Origin: a bacterium
GTDB lineage: Bacteria > UBA8248
DNA length: 64,000 nucleotides
Assembly (NCBI GenBank): GCA_963692865.2
Contig: OY843592.1
Coordinates: forward strand, 2,208,001-2,272,000
Reading direction: 5' to 3'
The notes below the pieces were generated by a model. The model saw nothing but the letters and a program-made list of their open reading frames with translations. It was not told the origin of the DNA and did no database searches. Each line of letters opens with the position of its first letter. The first letter of the stretch is position 1. Of this stretch, positions 37,453-47,963 are shown piece by piece. The translations under genes were made by a program, and so were the position numbers.

Positions 37453-38409
37453 TTACTCGTAGATTTCGGGATTGGCGAGCGAGGTGACTTTCTCACCCTC
37501 CACCGCCCGCTTGATATTATCGCACAAAAGCCTGTAGCTCTCACGCTGGACGCTCTCGGTCTGGGCGGCGTTGTGGGGCGACATCACGACGTTGGGGAAA
37601 CCGTGTAAGGGATGATCCTCAGGCAGGGGGTCCGGCTCCACCACGTCGAGGCCCGCGCCCGCGATTTTACCCTCTCTTATGGCGTCGGTGAGCGCGTCGG
37701 TATCCACGTGGGGGCCGCGCGAGACGTTGACGAGACAGGCCGTGTCTTTCATGAGTTCGAGTTCCCGCGCGCCTATCATGCCCGTGTTCTCGGGCGTGAG
37801 GGGCAGGGTGAGCGCAACGAAGTCGGTGCGCGGCAGCAGATCGTGCAGCGTCTCCACCTCTTCCACCTCGAAGCCTTGCGATTTGAATTTCCCCCGCGTG
37901 CGCGTGTAGGCGCATATGTTCATCTCGAAGGCGGCGGCGCGCCTGGCGAGCGCCCCCCCGATGTTCCCGAGTCCCACGATACCCAGCGTCGCGCCCTGAA
38001 GCTGGAAGTGGAGCCTGCGCTCCCCGATAGGCCAGAGCCAGGGCCTCCTGGCCATGATGAGGGTGAGCGTCATCGCGTGCTCGGCCACGGGGACGCAGCG
38101 CATCCAGCCGGGCGCGTTGGCGACGGGGATGCCGAGTTCGGTGGCGGCGGCAACGTCGATGTTGTCCACGCCGGTGCCCACCTTGCCGACGACTTTAATT
38201 TCCGGCCCCGCCTCCATCATCTCCCGCGTGATGGGGGCGAACCCGGTAGTGAGCGCGCACGCGCCCGCGGCCGCCTCGAGCAGGGAGGCGTCGTCGAAGG
38301 ATTCCGGCTCCACGAACGCATAGCCCTCGTGCAGGTATTCCTCCATGAAAATCCTGCGGGCGGGCTGCGTTTTCGTGCGCTCATCCACGCTCAGGACGCG
38401 GTGCGTCAT
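37453..38409 (-). CDS. D-isomer specific 2-hydroxyacid dehydrogenase
   Basis: G.DNID, GIVGLGNIG, NVSRG, GAGLDV.EP.PL, SPH. Confidence 0.9.
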   Translation of the reverse strand: MTHRVLSVDERTKTQPARRIFMEEYLHEGYAFVEPESFDDASLLEAAAGACALTTGFAPITREMMEAGPEIKVVGKVGTGVDNIDVAAATELGIPVANAPGWMRCVPVAEHAMTLTLIMARRPWLWPIGERRLHFQLQGATLGIVGLGNIGGALARRAAAFEMNICAYTRTRGKFKSQGFEVEEVETLHDLLPRTDFVALTLPLTPENTGMIGARELELMKDTACLVNVSRGPHVDTDALTDAIREGKIAGAGLDVVEPDPLPEDHPLHGFPNVVMSPHNAAQTESVQRESYRLLCDNIKRAVEGEKVTSLANPEIYE

Positions 38410-38444
38410 TTTGATGATTTCCTCCATTGATTCTTTGCATCATG

Positions 38445-38745
38445 GGAATGTTGGAAAAGCCTTTACGGGACCGACCAGAACATTCTCCCCTTGTAGAATG
38501 CCCGACAACCACTCCCCCCTTGAGGGTCTGGCTTCCCGAGGGGAAAGCCAGACGAAGAGGCCGAGCCACCGGCGAAGGCCGATTCGGTGGGGGGAGATTC
38601 ATTCTGTGGCATGTCCCCCACCGGTTCGCTTGCGGGCTTACGCCCTTACCTCACCGACTCCCCCTCAAGGGGGGAGTGGTTTTCCACCCTCCTGGGTCGG
38701 CTTCATACACCGAATCACACTATCGGGGGTTATTCAACAACCCCT
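38445..38745. repeat. Repeat cluster: CACTCCCCCCTTGAGGG...CCCTCAAGGGGGGAGTG element within degenerate TIRs
   Basis: Uninterrupted hairpin-type element ~38509-38680; TGTTGGAAAA / TTCAACAACCCC flanks. Confidence 0.8.
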
Positions 38746-39378
38746 CTACGAAGAGGGCCGGCCGAATTTCTCTTTCGCGTCCGCCATGCTCGATACGCCG
38801 GGCCGCCAGGCGGGGGGCGGGTCGGCGTCGTCGCGCGAGTATCCGTCGCGCTCGAGCCGGTCACGGAACCACGCCTCGTTCACGCGGTTGGTGTCGGCGT
38901 CCATTCTGGCGAGGTCGCAGAAAATCTCGATCCCGTTTCCGCACGGGTCGTGAAAGTAAAAGGCGCGGTTCTCGCCCAGCGTGCCGTCGCCCTCGGGATG
39001 CATGGGGCTGTGGACGAGCGGCCCCGCGGCGATCCGGATGCCGTGTGAGCGGACGTGCGCCGCCCAGGCTTCGAGTTCTTCCTTGGAGCCGACCTCGAAG
39101 GCCACGTGGTGCAGGCCGACTTCCGGTTTTCGCATGCCGCCCTCTTTGGGCGCGAGGCCGGCTTCCTTGGGAAAGGCGATGAGGGATACCTCGTGGTGGC
39201 CCTCGCCGCAGCGCATGAAGCATATTCCCCACGGGCTGTGGGGGTTGTCGCCCGGTTCGTAGCGGTCCGACACCTTAAGCCCCATGACGTCGCGGTAGAA
39301 GGCCACCGCCTCGTCCAGGTCGTGGACCTTTAAGCCCACGTGCTGGATGCGCCTGAGAGCCGGAGGGGTTGCGCCCAT
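38746..39378 (-). CDS. VOC/glyoxalase family protein (extradiol dioxygenase-like fold)
   Basis: IQHVGLKV.D, HH, GLHHVAFEV, FYFHDPCGNGIE. Confidence 0.88.
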   Translation of the reverse strand: MGATPPALRRIQHVGLKVHDLDEAVAFYRDVMGLKVSDRYEPGDNPHSPWGICFMRCGEGHHEVSLIAFPKEAGLAPKEGGMRKPEVGLHHVAFEVGSKEELEAWAAHVRSHGIRIAAGPLVHSPMHPEGDGTLGENRAFYFHDPCGNGIEIFCDLARMDADTNRVNEAWFRDRLERDGYSRDDADPPPAWRPGVSSMADAKEKFGRPSS

Positions 39379-39406
39379 GACGCCTCCTTCTCGGGATTGG
39401 CCGAAA

Positions 39407-41875
39407 TTACGCGGGTTCGGGGTCCACGCCGCCGCGCGTGCGCTGTAAGACGAACACGGCTATCAAGGCTACGATGCCCGTGGCGTAGGAGAGATACCTC
39501 AAATCCCCTTCCAGCGGGGTAATGAATACCACGAAATTCCCCACGGGCAGGAGGAGGCATACCGAGCCGATGAACATCAGGGCGCGCTCCAGCCCGTTCG
39601 CGTGCCGCGTCATGAAGTTCTCCATCCATCCGGCCCAGCCGACGATGCCGATGAGGCACGCCCCGAAGGTGATGGCCACCTCTGTCCTTGTGCCGTCCAG
39701 AAGAAGCGGGGTATAGACGAACAGGAACGGCATGATGAAGAGCCACGAGGCGAGTTTCAGGGCCTGGAAGCCGGTCTTGACCGGGTCCGAGACGGCGATG
39801 GCGCTCGCCGCGTACGCCGCCAGGGCGACCGGCGGGGTCACGGCGCTCACGACGGCCACCCAGAAGCAGATGAGGTGCGCGTGGACGGTCGGCACGCCCA
39901 GGTTGGTGAGCGCGATGACGCCGAAGATGACCAGCACCACGTAGCTCGCCGTGATGGGCAGGCCCATGCCGACGATGTAGCCCGCGATGATCACCCAGAG
40001 GATGGTGAGCGGCAGGAGACCGAAGCTGAACTCGGTCAGCAGGATGGAGATGCGGCCGGACAGGTCGCTTTGCGTCGCGCAGGAGAGCAGGATGCCCAGC
40101 ACGCACGCGATGCACCCGATGACGAGGGTGTTCCTCGCGCCCGCTTCCAGGGAAATCCAGGTGATCTTGACGATATCCACCACGAGTTCCCGAAGCCGCC
40201 TGAAGAGAATCGGCCCCGTCTCGTATTCGGCCTCTCCGGTTTCCGCCCGCATCGCGGTCGAGAGGATTTCGGCGAGTTTCAGGACGATGAACGCCGCTAC
40301 CGTCCAGAACAGGGCGTCTCCCCAGTTCATGCCGCGCAGCGTGTCCGCGAACCAGGCGAACGGCGCGCCGACCGTGAGGCCGAAATAATAGGAGAAGACG
40401 CCGAAGGCGATGGAGACGGCGAGGAACGGGCGGGCCGTCTTCTCGGCCGTCGGGACGTTGATGTTCGAGAGCAGCTCGCAGGTTTTGAGCATCACGATGA
40501 GGCAGATGGTCTTGAACGCGGCCAGGAACGCGGAATCGCCGATGACGAGGTAGTACACCATCACGGGGATGGGCAGCAGGAAGTGGAGGCGCGGGATGAT
40601 TCTGCTCCAGGGAGGCAGCTCCGAGGGGTCGACGCCGTGGAGCCCGCGCCGCACGGCGCGGATGAAGACCATGTAGCCCACCGAGAGATAGTAGAGAATG
40701 GCCGGGAGCGTCGCGATCTTGACGATGTCGAAATAAGAGGTTTCGGTGAGTTGCGCGACCAGGAAGGCCCCGCCCGCCATGATGGGCGGCATGTAGGCCC
40801 CTCCCGTCGAGGCGGCCGCCTCGACCGCGCCCGCGAACTCGGGGCGGTAGCCCACCCGCTTCATGAGGGGGATGGTGAACGTGCCCGTCGTCACCACGTT
40901 GGCCACGCCGCTGCCCGAGATCATGCCGAACAGCCCGCTCGACATGACGGCCGTGAGGCCGGGGCCGCCCGTCTTCTGGCCCGTCACCCGGTAGGTGGCG
41001 TCGATGAGGAATTCGCCCAGACCCGTCTTTTCCAGAAAGGCGCCCAGGACGACGAAGATGACGATGTAGGTGGCGAACACCTCGACGATGAGGCCGGTGA
41101 TGCCGTCGGCCTCGAGCATCAGGAACTCGGTTACGCGGTCGAGCCCGAAGCCGTCGTGAAACAGGAGGCCCGGCGATATCTGCGCGATGGGCTTGAAGCT
41201 GTAGATCAGGAACAGGAAGCCGATGAACGGGATGACGGGGCCGATGACGCGCCTCGCGATGTCGAAGCTCACCGTTGTGAGCAGCAGCGTGTAGATCACC
41301 ACCGACGTGGGCACGGGGCCGCCGATGCGCGTGGTGAGTTCGATGTTGTAGATGTTCCACCAGATGATGGGGGCGACGGCCGATATGATGAACAGCCAGT
41401 CCGAAATCGTGGGAAGTTCCGCTACGCGCTCTACGGTGGCTTCCAGCCGGTAAAGGAAAGCGCCGAACAGTCCGCCGCCCAGCATGACCAGATACGCCCC
41501 GCCGCTCAGGAATTCGCTCCACAGCACGTCGCCGAAGAAAACGCCCCAATACGCCCACAGGGCCAGGGAGCCGCACATGGCGACGATGGCGAGGAACGAG
41601 AAGATTTCATCCAGATAGGAGAACCCTTCGCGGACGGGCCTTTGCCTTCCTTTATAGACGAGGACGCACAGCGTGGCGGTCGCCAGAATGTAGGCGCCCT
41701 TGAAGATTTCCGAACGCGGTGGACCGAAGTATGAGATATGAACGAAGAAGTAGGAAAACGCGACGGAAATAATGGAAACGACGATGCGCGAAAAACCCCG
41801 CAGGTCGCGCGGGACGACCATCTCGTCCGATATGAGGCCGAGCTTCATCAATATGGGCAAGAGATTTCGAAACAT
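39407..41875 (-). CDS. TRAP transporter fused permease (TAXI type)
   Basis: GGPG..AV.SS.LFG.ISGS..ANV, EAAASTGG..MPPIM, GMGLP, TPPVALAA. Confidence 0.92.
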   Translation of the reverse strand: MFRNLLPILMKLGLISDEMVVPRDLRGFSRIVVSIISVAFSYFFVHISYFGPPRSEIFKGAYILATATLCVLVYKGRQRPVREGFSYLDEIFSFLAIVAMCGSLALWAYWGVFFGDVLWSEFLSGGAYLVMLGGGLFGAFLYRLEATVERVAELPTISDWLFIISAVAPIIWWNIYNIELTTRIGGPVPTSVVIYTLLLTTVSFDIARRVIGPVIPFIGFLFLIYSFKPIAQISPGLLFHDGFGLDRVTEFLMLEADGITGLIVEVFATYIVIFVVLGAFLEKTGLGEFLIDATYRVTGQKTGGPGLTAVMSSGLFGMISGSGVANVVTTGTFTIPLMKRVGYRPEFAGAVEAAASTGGAYMPPIMAGGAFLVAQLTETSYFDIVKIATLPAILYYLSVGYMVFIRAVRRGLHGVDPSELPPWSRIIPRLHFLLPIPVMVYYLVIGDSAFLAAFKTICLIVMLKTCELLSNINVPTAEKTARPFLAVSIAFGVFSYYFGLTVGAPFAWFADTLRGMNWGDALFWTVAAFIVLKLAEILSTAMRAETGEAEYETGPILFRRLRELVVDIVKITWISLEAGARNTLVIGCIACVLGILLSCATQSDLSGRISILLTEFSFGLLPLTILWVIIAGYIVGMGLPITASYVVLVIFGVIALTNLGVPTVHAHLICFWVAVVSAVTPPVALAAYAASAIAVSDPVKTGFQALKLASWLFIMPFLFVYTPLLLDGTRTEVAITFGACLIGIVGWAGWMENFMTRHANGLERALMFIGSVCLLLPVGNFVVFITPLEGDLRYLSYATGIVALIAVFVLQRTRGGVDPEPA

Positions 41876-42025
41876 GGCGTCCTTATCCCGGCCCGGGCGT
41901 TCGGGCCGTCAATTCCCGGATATACCGTGAAGCGAAAGAATCCCGGGGAGAAGGAGATTTTTCTCGGTTTCTCCTCCTCCCCGGGCGCGGCTTTTCGCCG
42001 GATTTCCTCATCCGGGTTGCGGGGT

Positions 42026-43018
42026 CTAGTAGCCTTTCACGACCTCGGCGGGCACCTTCACGCCGCGTTCTTTCCAGTAGCGCGCGGCGGCGGGGTGCAC
42101 CCAGATCTTGTGGACCTTGAGGGCGTTGAAGTTGCCGCTCAGGTCGCGCCAGTAGCGCGCCGTCTTGGTCAACTGCTTGAGGTTGTTGGGATCCGCGATG
42201 ACCTTGAGCATGTTGTAGATGGCGTCGTTGGACATCTTCTTGTGGGCGATCCACCAGACGTCATAGGCGATGGAGCGCGCGGGATCCTTCATCCCCTTGA
42301 CTTCCTTCTGCGGGGGGATGGTGATCGGCACGTAGAACTTGTGGTTGCCGGTCACTTTTTTCTGTTCGGCCTCGGTGAGGCTGATGTAGCGCACCGGCTT
42401 CTGGATGGAGAGCCGGGTGAGGGCCGGGATGGTGAAGGGCGCGCCTGCGGAGCAGTACACGTCGATCTGGCGATCGCCCAGGGCGCGGCCCGAGGCGGCG
42501 AAGCCCAGGTAGCGCGGCTTGATCTTGTCGAGGATGCCGACGGCGGCGAACATGTTCTTGCAGTTCACGTGGCTGCCGGTCCCCTGTTTGAGCAGGTTCA
42601 CCCGCTTGCCGACCATGTCCATGTAGGACTTGATGGGGCTGTCCGCCAGCACGGCGATGATCTGCGACTGCGCGCGGACGTTGGCGACGATGCGGAAGTC
42701 CTTGCTGGCGCCGTCTTTCTTGAACAGGCCGGTGCCCGTCCAGGACTGGTAGACCTGGCCGACGTGGCCCCAGGAGGTGCCGAACTCGCCCAGGCTCACC
42801 CGGCGGACGTTGGCCACCGAGCCGGCCGAGGAGGTGTACTGGAAATAGAACTTCTTGCCGAGTTTTCTGTTGAGAAGCTGGGTGCCTGCGCTGATGGCGG
42901 GATGCCAGCCGCCGCCGGAGGGGCCTCCGCCGAAGCGATGACGCTCGACGGCGTCCGCCGCGCCGATCGTGAACGCCACGGCCGCCGCCACTGTTGCCAG
43001 GAATGCGAATTTCTTCAT
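42026..43018 (-). CDS. TAXI family TRAP solute-binding protein
   Basis: Signal peptide, GG.SGG.W, GSVAN, GSH, HPAAARYWKE. Confidence 0.9.
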   Translation of the reverse strand: MKKFAFLATVAAAVAFTIGAADAVERHRFGGGPSGGGWHPAISAGTQLLNRKLGKKFYFQYTSSAGSVANVRRVSLGEFGTSWGHVGQVYQSWTGTGLFKKDGASKDFRIVANVRAQSQIIAVLADSPIKSYMDMVGKRVNLLKQGTGSHVNCKNMFAAVGILDKIKPRYLGFAASGRALGDRQIDVYCSAGAPFTIPALTRLSIQKPVRYISLTEAEQKKVTGNHKFYVPITIPPQKEVKGMKDPARSIAYDVWWIAHKKMSNDAIYNMLKVIADPNNLKQLTKTARYWRDLSGNFNALKVHKIWVHPAAARYWKERGVKVPAEVVKGY

Positions 43019-43191
43019 TACGGACTCCTTTTGATGTTGAAGACTTGCGCGAATTGATGGTGATGACGCCTCATCACCGGATGAAACGGAAGAGTTCCCC
43101 GTGAACTCATTTCTTCTTTCCTGCGCTATTCTCCGCCCCTCGTGCGCACGAGCAGGGCGCGCGTCTTTGCCTGCGCTGATGAGAATGCCTC

Positions 43192-43219
43192 ATTATCTCC
43201 GCTGAATACTCCGTGTCAA
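43192..43219 (-). promoter_or_regulatory. Putative sigma70 promoter for the TAXI-TRAP operon
   Basis: Minus strand TTGACA-16 nt-GATAAT. Confidence 0.45.
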
Positions 43220-43364
43220 GGCCTGCGGCCACCCGCGCGCGCAACCCGGAAGCGAGAGCATTTTCTCTTCATGTGTGGTAAGGAATAGGCATCGAACGAT
43301 TCCCTTGGTCTATTTTTGAGATAAAAACGAGGCGCATGACGCCCCAATTCGACGGGAGAACAAG

Positions 43365-44345
43365 ATGAAGGCGATACACGTGCATGAATTCGGCGACCCC
43401 GAGGTGATGGCGCTCGAAGACGCGGCGGACCCGACGCCCGGCGCGGGCCAGATCCTGGTGGACGTGAAGGCGGCGGGCGTGAACCCCGTGGACACCACCT
43501 TCCGCTCGGGCGCGCATCCGCTCTCCAAAAGCCTGGCCCTGCCCTGGACGCCCGGCGTCGACGCGGCGGGCGACGTACTGGCCGTGGGCGAGGGCGTGAG
43601 CGGCTTCTCCCCCGGCGACAGGGTTTTCGGCGCGGCGGTGAGCGGCTCCTACGCCGAAAAGGCGCTCTTGAGTTCCCTCCGCACGGCGAAACTCCCGGAC
43701 AACCTCTCCTATGAAGAAGGCGCATCCCTGCCGGTGGTCTTGTACACCGCCTACTACGCGCTGATATACAAGGCGGGTCTCAAGGCGGGCGAGACGGTTC
43801 TCATCCACGCGGGCGCGGGCGGCGTGGGCTGCATCGGGATTCAGATCGCCAAGGCGGCCGGGGCGCGCGTCATCACGACGGTGAGTTCGGAAGAGAAAGC
43901 CGCGTTTTGCCGCGGGTTCGGCGCGGACGTGGTAATCAACTACCGCGAGGAGGATTTCGCCGAGCGCTGCCTGGCCGAGACGGGCGGGGTCGGCGTGGAT
44001 TCGGTTATCGAGATGGTGGCGGTCGAGAACTTCGGCGACGACTGCCGGGCGGTGAAGAAATACGGCTGCATCGTCGTGCTCGGCGCGGGCACCGGCAAGA
44101 ACCCCGTGGGTTCGGTGAACTATCCGCCGTTCTATTCCAAGGACATCGACGTTCGGGGGATGAGCCTGTTCAATTCCGACCCCGTATTCCCGGAAATGGT
44201 GCGCCAACTGGATCCCATGCTGGCGGACGGCCGGGTGCGCGCCTCGGTGGGGGAGACGATGCCGCTCGCAGAGGCCCCGCGCGCCCACGACTTACTGATG
44301 ACCGGGAAAATCTTCGGGAAAATCGTGCTTACGATGGGCGGCTAA
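43365..44345 (+). CDS. NADPH:quinone reductase (zeta-crystallin, MDR family)
   Basis: GVNPVD, PGVDAAG, GSYAE, LIHAGAGGVG, GKIVL. Confidence 0.9.
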   Translation: MKAIHVHEFGDPEVMALEDAADPTPGAGQILVDVKAAGVNPVDTTFRSGAHPLSKSLALPWTPGVDAAGDVLAVGEGVSGFSPGDRVFGAAVSGSYAEKALLSSLRTAKLPDNLSYEEGASLPVVLYTAYYALIYKAGLKAGETVLIHAGAGGVGCIGIQIAKAAGARVITTVSSEEKAAFCRGFGADVVINYREEDFAERCLAETGGVGVDSVIEMVAVENFGDDCRAVKKYGCIVVLGAGTGKNPVGSVNYPPFYSKDIDVRGMSLFNSDPVFPEMVRQLDPMLADGRVRASVGETMPLAEAPRAHDLLMTGKIFGKIVLTMGG

Positions 44346-44371
44346 CCGTCTCGATAATCGGGTGAACCCAC

Positions 44372-44788
44372 ATGAGTGAAGACGCGATTCAGCCGGGGCT
44401 TGCGGGGGCGTATTCCGTCGTCGTGGCGGATGAGCACGTGCCATTGCACCTCAGGGGCACGAACGCCGAGGTGGTGGCGACGCCGGAACTCGTGCGTTTC
44501 ATGGAAAAGGCCGCCATGGACGCGCTTGCGGAACACCTGGACGCCGGGCAGACGAGCGTGGGGACGAAGGTATCCCTCACCCACATGGCGGGAACGCCCA
44601 AGGGGATGCGCGTGGAGGCGCGGGTGAGGCTGGTGGAGCGCGAGGGCAGGCGCTGCGTATTCGAGGTGGAGATTCATGACGAGGTGGAACTCGTCGCCCG
44701 TGGGACGAACGAGCGCTTCATCGTCCCCCGCGAGCGTACGAACGAAAAACTGATGCGGAAGATAGAAAAAGTAAATAATAGAATATAA
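44372..44788 (+). CDS. Hotdog-fold thioesterase (FlK-like)
   Basis: V.ATP.LV..ME, TSVGT.V...H. Confidence 0.85.
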   Translation: MSEDAIQPGLAGAYSVVVADEHVPLHLRGTNAEVVATPELVRFMEKAAMDALAEHLDAGQTSVGTKVSLTHMAGTPKGMRVEARVRLVEREGRRCVFEVEIHDEVELVARGTNERFIVPRERTNEKLMRKIEKVNNRI

Positions 44789-44833
44789 ATCAGTGATATA
44801 AAATATATACTTCAAGTGATTTCAAGGAATAAA

Positions 44834-46006
44834 ATGGACGGTTTGGAAGGAATTCGGGTGCTGGACCTCACGCATTACGTGGCGGGTCCGTTCTGTACGC
44901 TGATGATGGGGGACGCGGGCGCGGACGTGGTGAAGCTCGAACCGCCCGAGGGCGATCGGGTGCGGAATTTCCCTTCTTCTTTCCCCGGAGAGAGCAGGCT
45001 GTTCCTGGGACTGAACCGCAGCAAGCGCAGCTTCGCCCTCAACCTGCGCGAGGAGAAGGGCCGCGAGATAGCCAGGAAGCTCGCCGCGCAGATGGACGTG
45101 TTCGTGGAGGGCTACCGACCCGGCGCGGTCGAGAAGTTCGGGCTCGGAGCCGACGACCTGATGCGCGAAAACCCCCGGCTCGTCTACCTCTCGGTCTCCG
45201 CCTACGGGCAGGGAGGGCCCCTGCGCGAACGCCGGGGCATCGACCCCATCATCCAGACCACGGCGGGCATTCCCGCCGAGCAGGGCGGGGGCGGCGCGCC
45301 CGAACTCGTGCAGGGTTCTTTCGTGGATTACATGACGGGCGCGCTCGCGTACGGCGCGGTGATGATGGCGCTCTACGCCCGCGAGCGCACCGGCGAGGGC
45401 CAGCGGGTCGACGCCTCGCTCCTGGGCGGGGCCACGGCCATGCAGTTCGGCCGCCTCTTGTGGGCGAGCGACTCGGAACCCGTCTCGGACGTGGTGGACG
45501 CCCTGAACGACCGCATCGCCCGCGTCTACGAGGTTTCGGACGGCCACATCTATCTCTACATGGACGTGGACGGCTTCTGGGAGAAATCCTCCGAGATTCT
45601 CGGCCTTCCCGAGTTGCTCGAAGAAGAAGCCTGGCGAACCTTTCGCGGAAGGCACGAGGCGCGCGAGGAAATCATCCCCATCGTGCAGAGGGTGCTGCTC
45701 ACGGCGACCGGGGAGGAATGGGTGCGCAGGTTCGAGGGCGAGGGCGTGCCCTGCGCGCGCGTGCGGAAGCCCACCGATCTGTATGAAGACCCCCAGATGA
45801 AGGCGATGGGCTATCTCGCGCAGGCGGAGCATCCCGAATACGGGGTATTGCGGCTGGGCGGCATCCCGGTCAAGTTCGACAAGACGCCGTCTTCCGTGCG
45901 CAGGCCGCCGCCCGTGTTGGGCCAGCATACGGATGAGGTGCTGGCGGAGCTCGGCTTATCGGTTGAGGAGATAGCGGCCCTCAGGAGGGAGGACGTCGTC
46001 CGCTAG
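44834..46006 (+). CDS. CoA transferase family III (CaiB/BaiF)
   Basis: LEGIRVLDLT..AGP, GADVVKLEPP.GD, NRSKRS, NPRLVY, PP.LGQHT. Confidence 0.92.
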   Translation: MDGLEGIRVLDLTHYVAGPFCTLMMGDAGADVVKLEPPEGDRVRNFPSSFPGESRLFLGLNRSKRSFALNLREEKGREIARKLAAQMDVFVEGYRPGAVEKFGLGADDLMRENPRLVYLSVSAYGQGGPLRERRGIDPIIQTTAGIPAEQGGGGAPELVQGSFVDYMTGALAYGAVMMALYARERTGEGQRVDASLLGGATAMQFGRLLWASDSEPVSDVVDALNDRIARVYEVSDGHIYLYMDVDGFWEKSSEILGLPELLEEEAWRTFRGRHEAREEIIPIVQRVLLTATGEEWVRRFEGEGVPCARVRKPTDLYEDPQMKAMGYLAQAEHPEYGVLRLGGIPVKFDKTPSSVRRPPPVLGQHTDEVLAELGLSVEEIAALRREDVVR

Positions 46007-46134
46007 CGGATTTTATTTCAAGTCGGGTGGATTCCCCGGTGAATGCCGGCGCGCCCGGCATTCCGCCCGAATCCGAAAGACAGGAAAATTTCTCGGCGAA
46101 ACTTTTTTGCCATTTTTCAAACGTGGAGAGGAAA

Positions 46135-47355
46135 ATGATTCGCAAACTACGCACCGAAAGAGACAACCAGCAGTGGATGCTCGACCTGGCCCTGAACATG
46201 AGGGGCCGCGTCCAGAACTTCGAGCGCGATTACCTCGAAGTCCCCCAGGGCAAGCGCGCGCACAACTACCAGATGCTCCCCAAGGTCTGGCGCGAGTCCG
46301 CGGAGTTCCACGAAACACTCGGCAAGAAGGCCCAGAGAGAGGGTTTCGACGCTACGGCCACGGAGCACTACGACCACGCCATCGAGGCCTACCGCATGGC
46401 GCAGCACCCGATTTTCTTTGACGACAACCCGGTGAAGATTTATCTCTGCAACAAGCTGAAGGAAATGGTGGACAGGCGCTCGGAGACGGCCTCCTACCCC
46501 ATCGAGCGCGTCGAGGTGCCCTTCGACGACGGCAAGACGATCTCCTGCCTCCTGCACCTGCTGCCCGACCGCAGGAAAGCGCCGTGCATCATCTACGTGC
46601 CGGGCATGGACCAGAGCAAGGAAGTCTTCCCCCACGCGCGGCACAACGTGGCGGCGGACAGGGGTTTTCACGTACTGGCGATGGACGGTCCGGGGCAGGG
46701 CAATTCCAACATCCAGAAGATCCGCGCCGTGGGCGACAACTACGAGCGCGCGGGCGCCGCGGTGATGGACTACCTCCTGGGGCGCGAGGAGGTCGAGCCC
46801 ACCAAGATCGGCATCTACGGCATCAGCATGGGGAGTTTCTGGTCGCTCCGCCTGGCGAGCTACGACCACCGTGCGGCGGCGGTGGCGAGCGCGGTGGCGT
46901 GCTTCAACCCGAACAACACCATCTTCACGCAGTCCTCGCCGCGTTTCAAGCAGGTGTTCATGTACATGGCGGGCATGGACGATGAGGATGCGTTCGACGA
47001 GATGGCGCGAAACATGACCGTCAAGGGCTACATGGACAAGGTCCAGTGTCCCACGCTCCTGGTGACGGGCGAGTTCGACCCGCTCTGCCCGCTCGAGGAC
47101 GCCATCGAGGTGTATGAGGACCTCACCTGCAAGAAGGAGATGTGGGTGTTCGAGAACCAGTTTCACCCCCTGGTGAGCCTCTCGAACCTGGGCGGCGTGG
47201 ACAACCACCAGTACATTCTCGACTGGCTCCACCGCGCCCTGATCGGCGAGAGCGTGAACGACGACCGCATCGCCTACGTCAAGGAAAACGGCGACGGGCC
47301 GTTCGGCCAGTGCGAGTGGACGCCGCCCGTAAGGCCGGGCGAGGTGTATTTCTAG
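46135..47355 (+). CDS. Alpha/beta hydrolase (FrsA / dihydropseudooxynicotine hydrolase-like)
   Basis: PGMDQSKE, DGPGQG, GISMG, GEFD, H; GAGG RBS. Confidence 0.82.
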   Translation: MIRKLRTERDNQQWMLDLALNMRGRVQNFERDYLEVPQGKRAHNYQMLPKVWRESAEFHETLGKKAQREGFDATATEHYDHAIEAYRMAQHPIFFDDNPVKIYLCNKLKEMVDRRSETASYPIERVEVPFDDGKTISCLLHLLPDRRKAPCIIYVPGMDQSKEVFPHARHNVAADRGFHVLAMDGPGQGNSNIQKIRAVGDNYERAGAAVMDYLLGREEVEPTKIGIYGISMGSFWSLRLASYDHRAAAVASAVACFNPNNTIFTQSSPRFKQVFMYMAGMDDEDAFDEMARNMTVKGYMDKVQCPTLLVTGEFDPLCPLEDAIEVYEDLTCKKEMWVFENQFHPLVSLSNLGGVDNHQYILDWLHRALIGESVNDDRIAYVKENGDGPFGQCEWTPPVRPGEVYF

Positions 47356-47414
47356 GGGGAGCGCATAGGCGAAACGACAGAGTGTTTTTTCGCCGCCGTT
47401 ATGGGCGTTCGGAC

Positions 47415-47925
47415 TTCACTCCCTCCTTGCGGAGGAGTGTCGAAAACCCCTTTGCGGTCCGGTCGGGGTTCTATTGCAGGGACAGGTCGCGACCTGTCCC
47501 TGCCACCTCGCAAACGCCGAATGTCGGAGATTTCGCAGGGTCCGACATATATGTCTGACATACATGCGGCCTGCTTCGTGGAGAAAGACAAGGTTGCATA
47601 TATGGGCCTGTTGAAAAAATCCCACAGAAGGAGCGCGCTGAATTTCACTCCCCCCTTGCGGAGTTTGTTGAAAAAGCCCCCCTGACAAGGGGCTGTTGAA
47701 AAAGTCCTTCTGAGGAGAGGGTGTAGGGGACGCATATATGCGTCCCGGCCTTTTTTCGCCGCCCGTCATGGGCCGCATGTATGCGGCCCCTACACTCCGC
47801 CCTCGTTCTTTCGGGCCATTCGGGCGGACACACAGGTCCGCCCCTACGCAAAACGAGATGGGGTTGTAGGGGCGGACCTGTGTGTCCGCCCGCTCGTGAA
47901 ACAGGCTTTTTTAACAACCCCATAT
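47415..47925. repeat. Mosaic palindromic repeat cluster with stacked TIRs
   Basis: Three TGTTGAAAAA ends, CACTCCCCCCTTGCG half-hairpins, REP-like inverted pairs. Confidence 0.85.
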
Positions 47926-47963
47926 ACGACCACTATGAATGGCCGGGAAAGAGGCGGGTGTCG

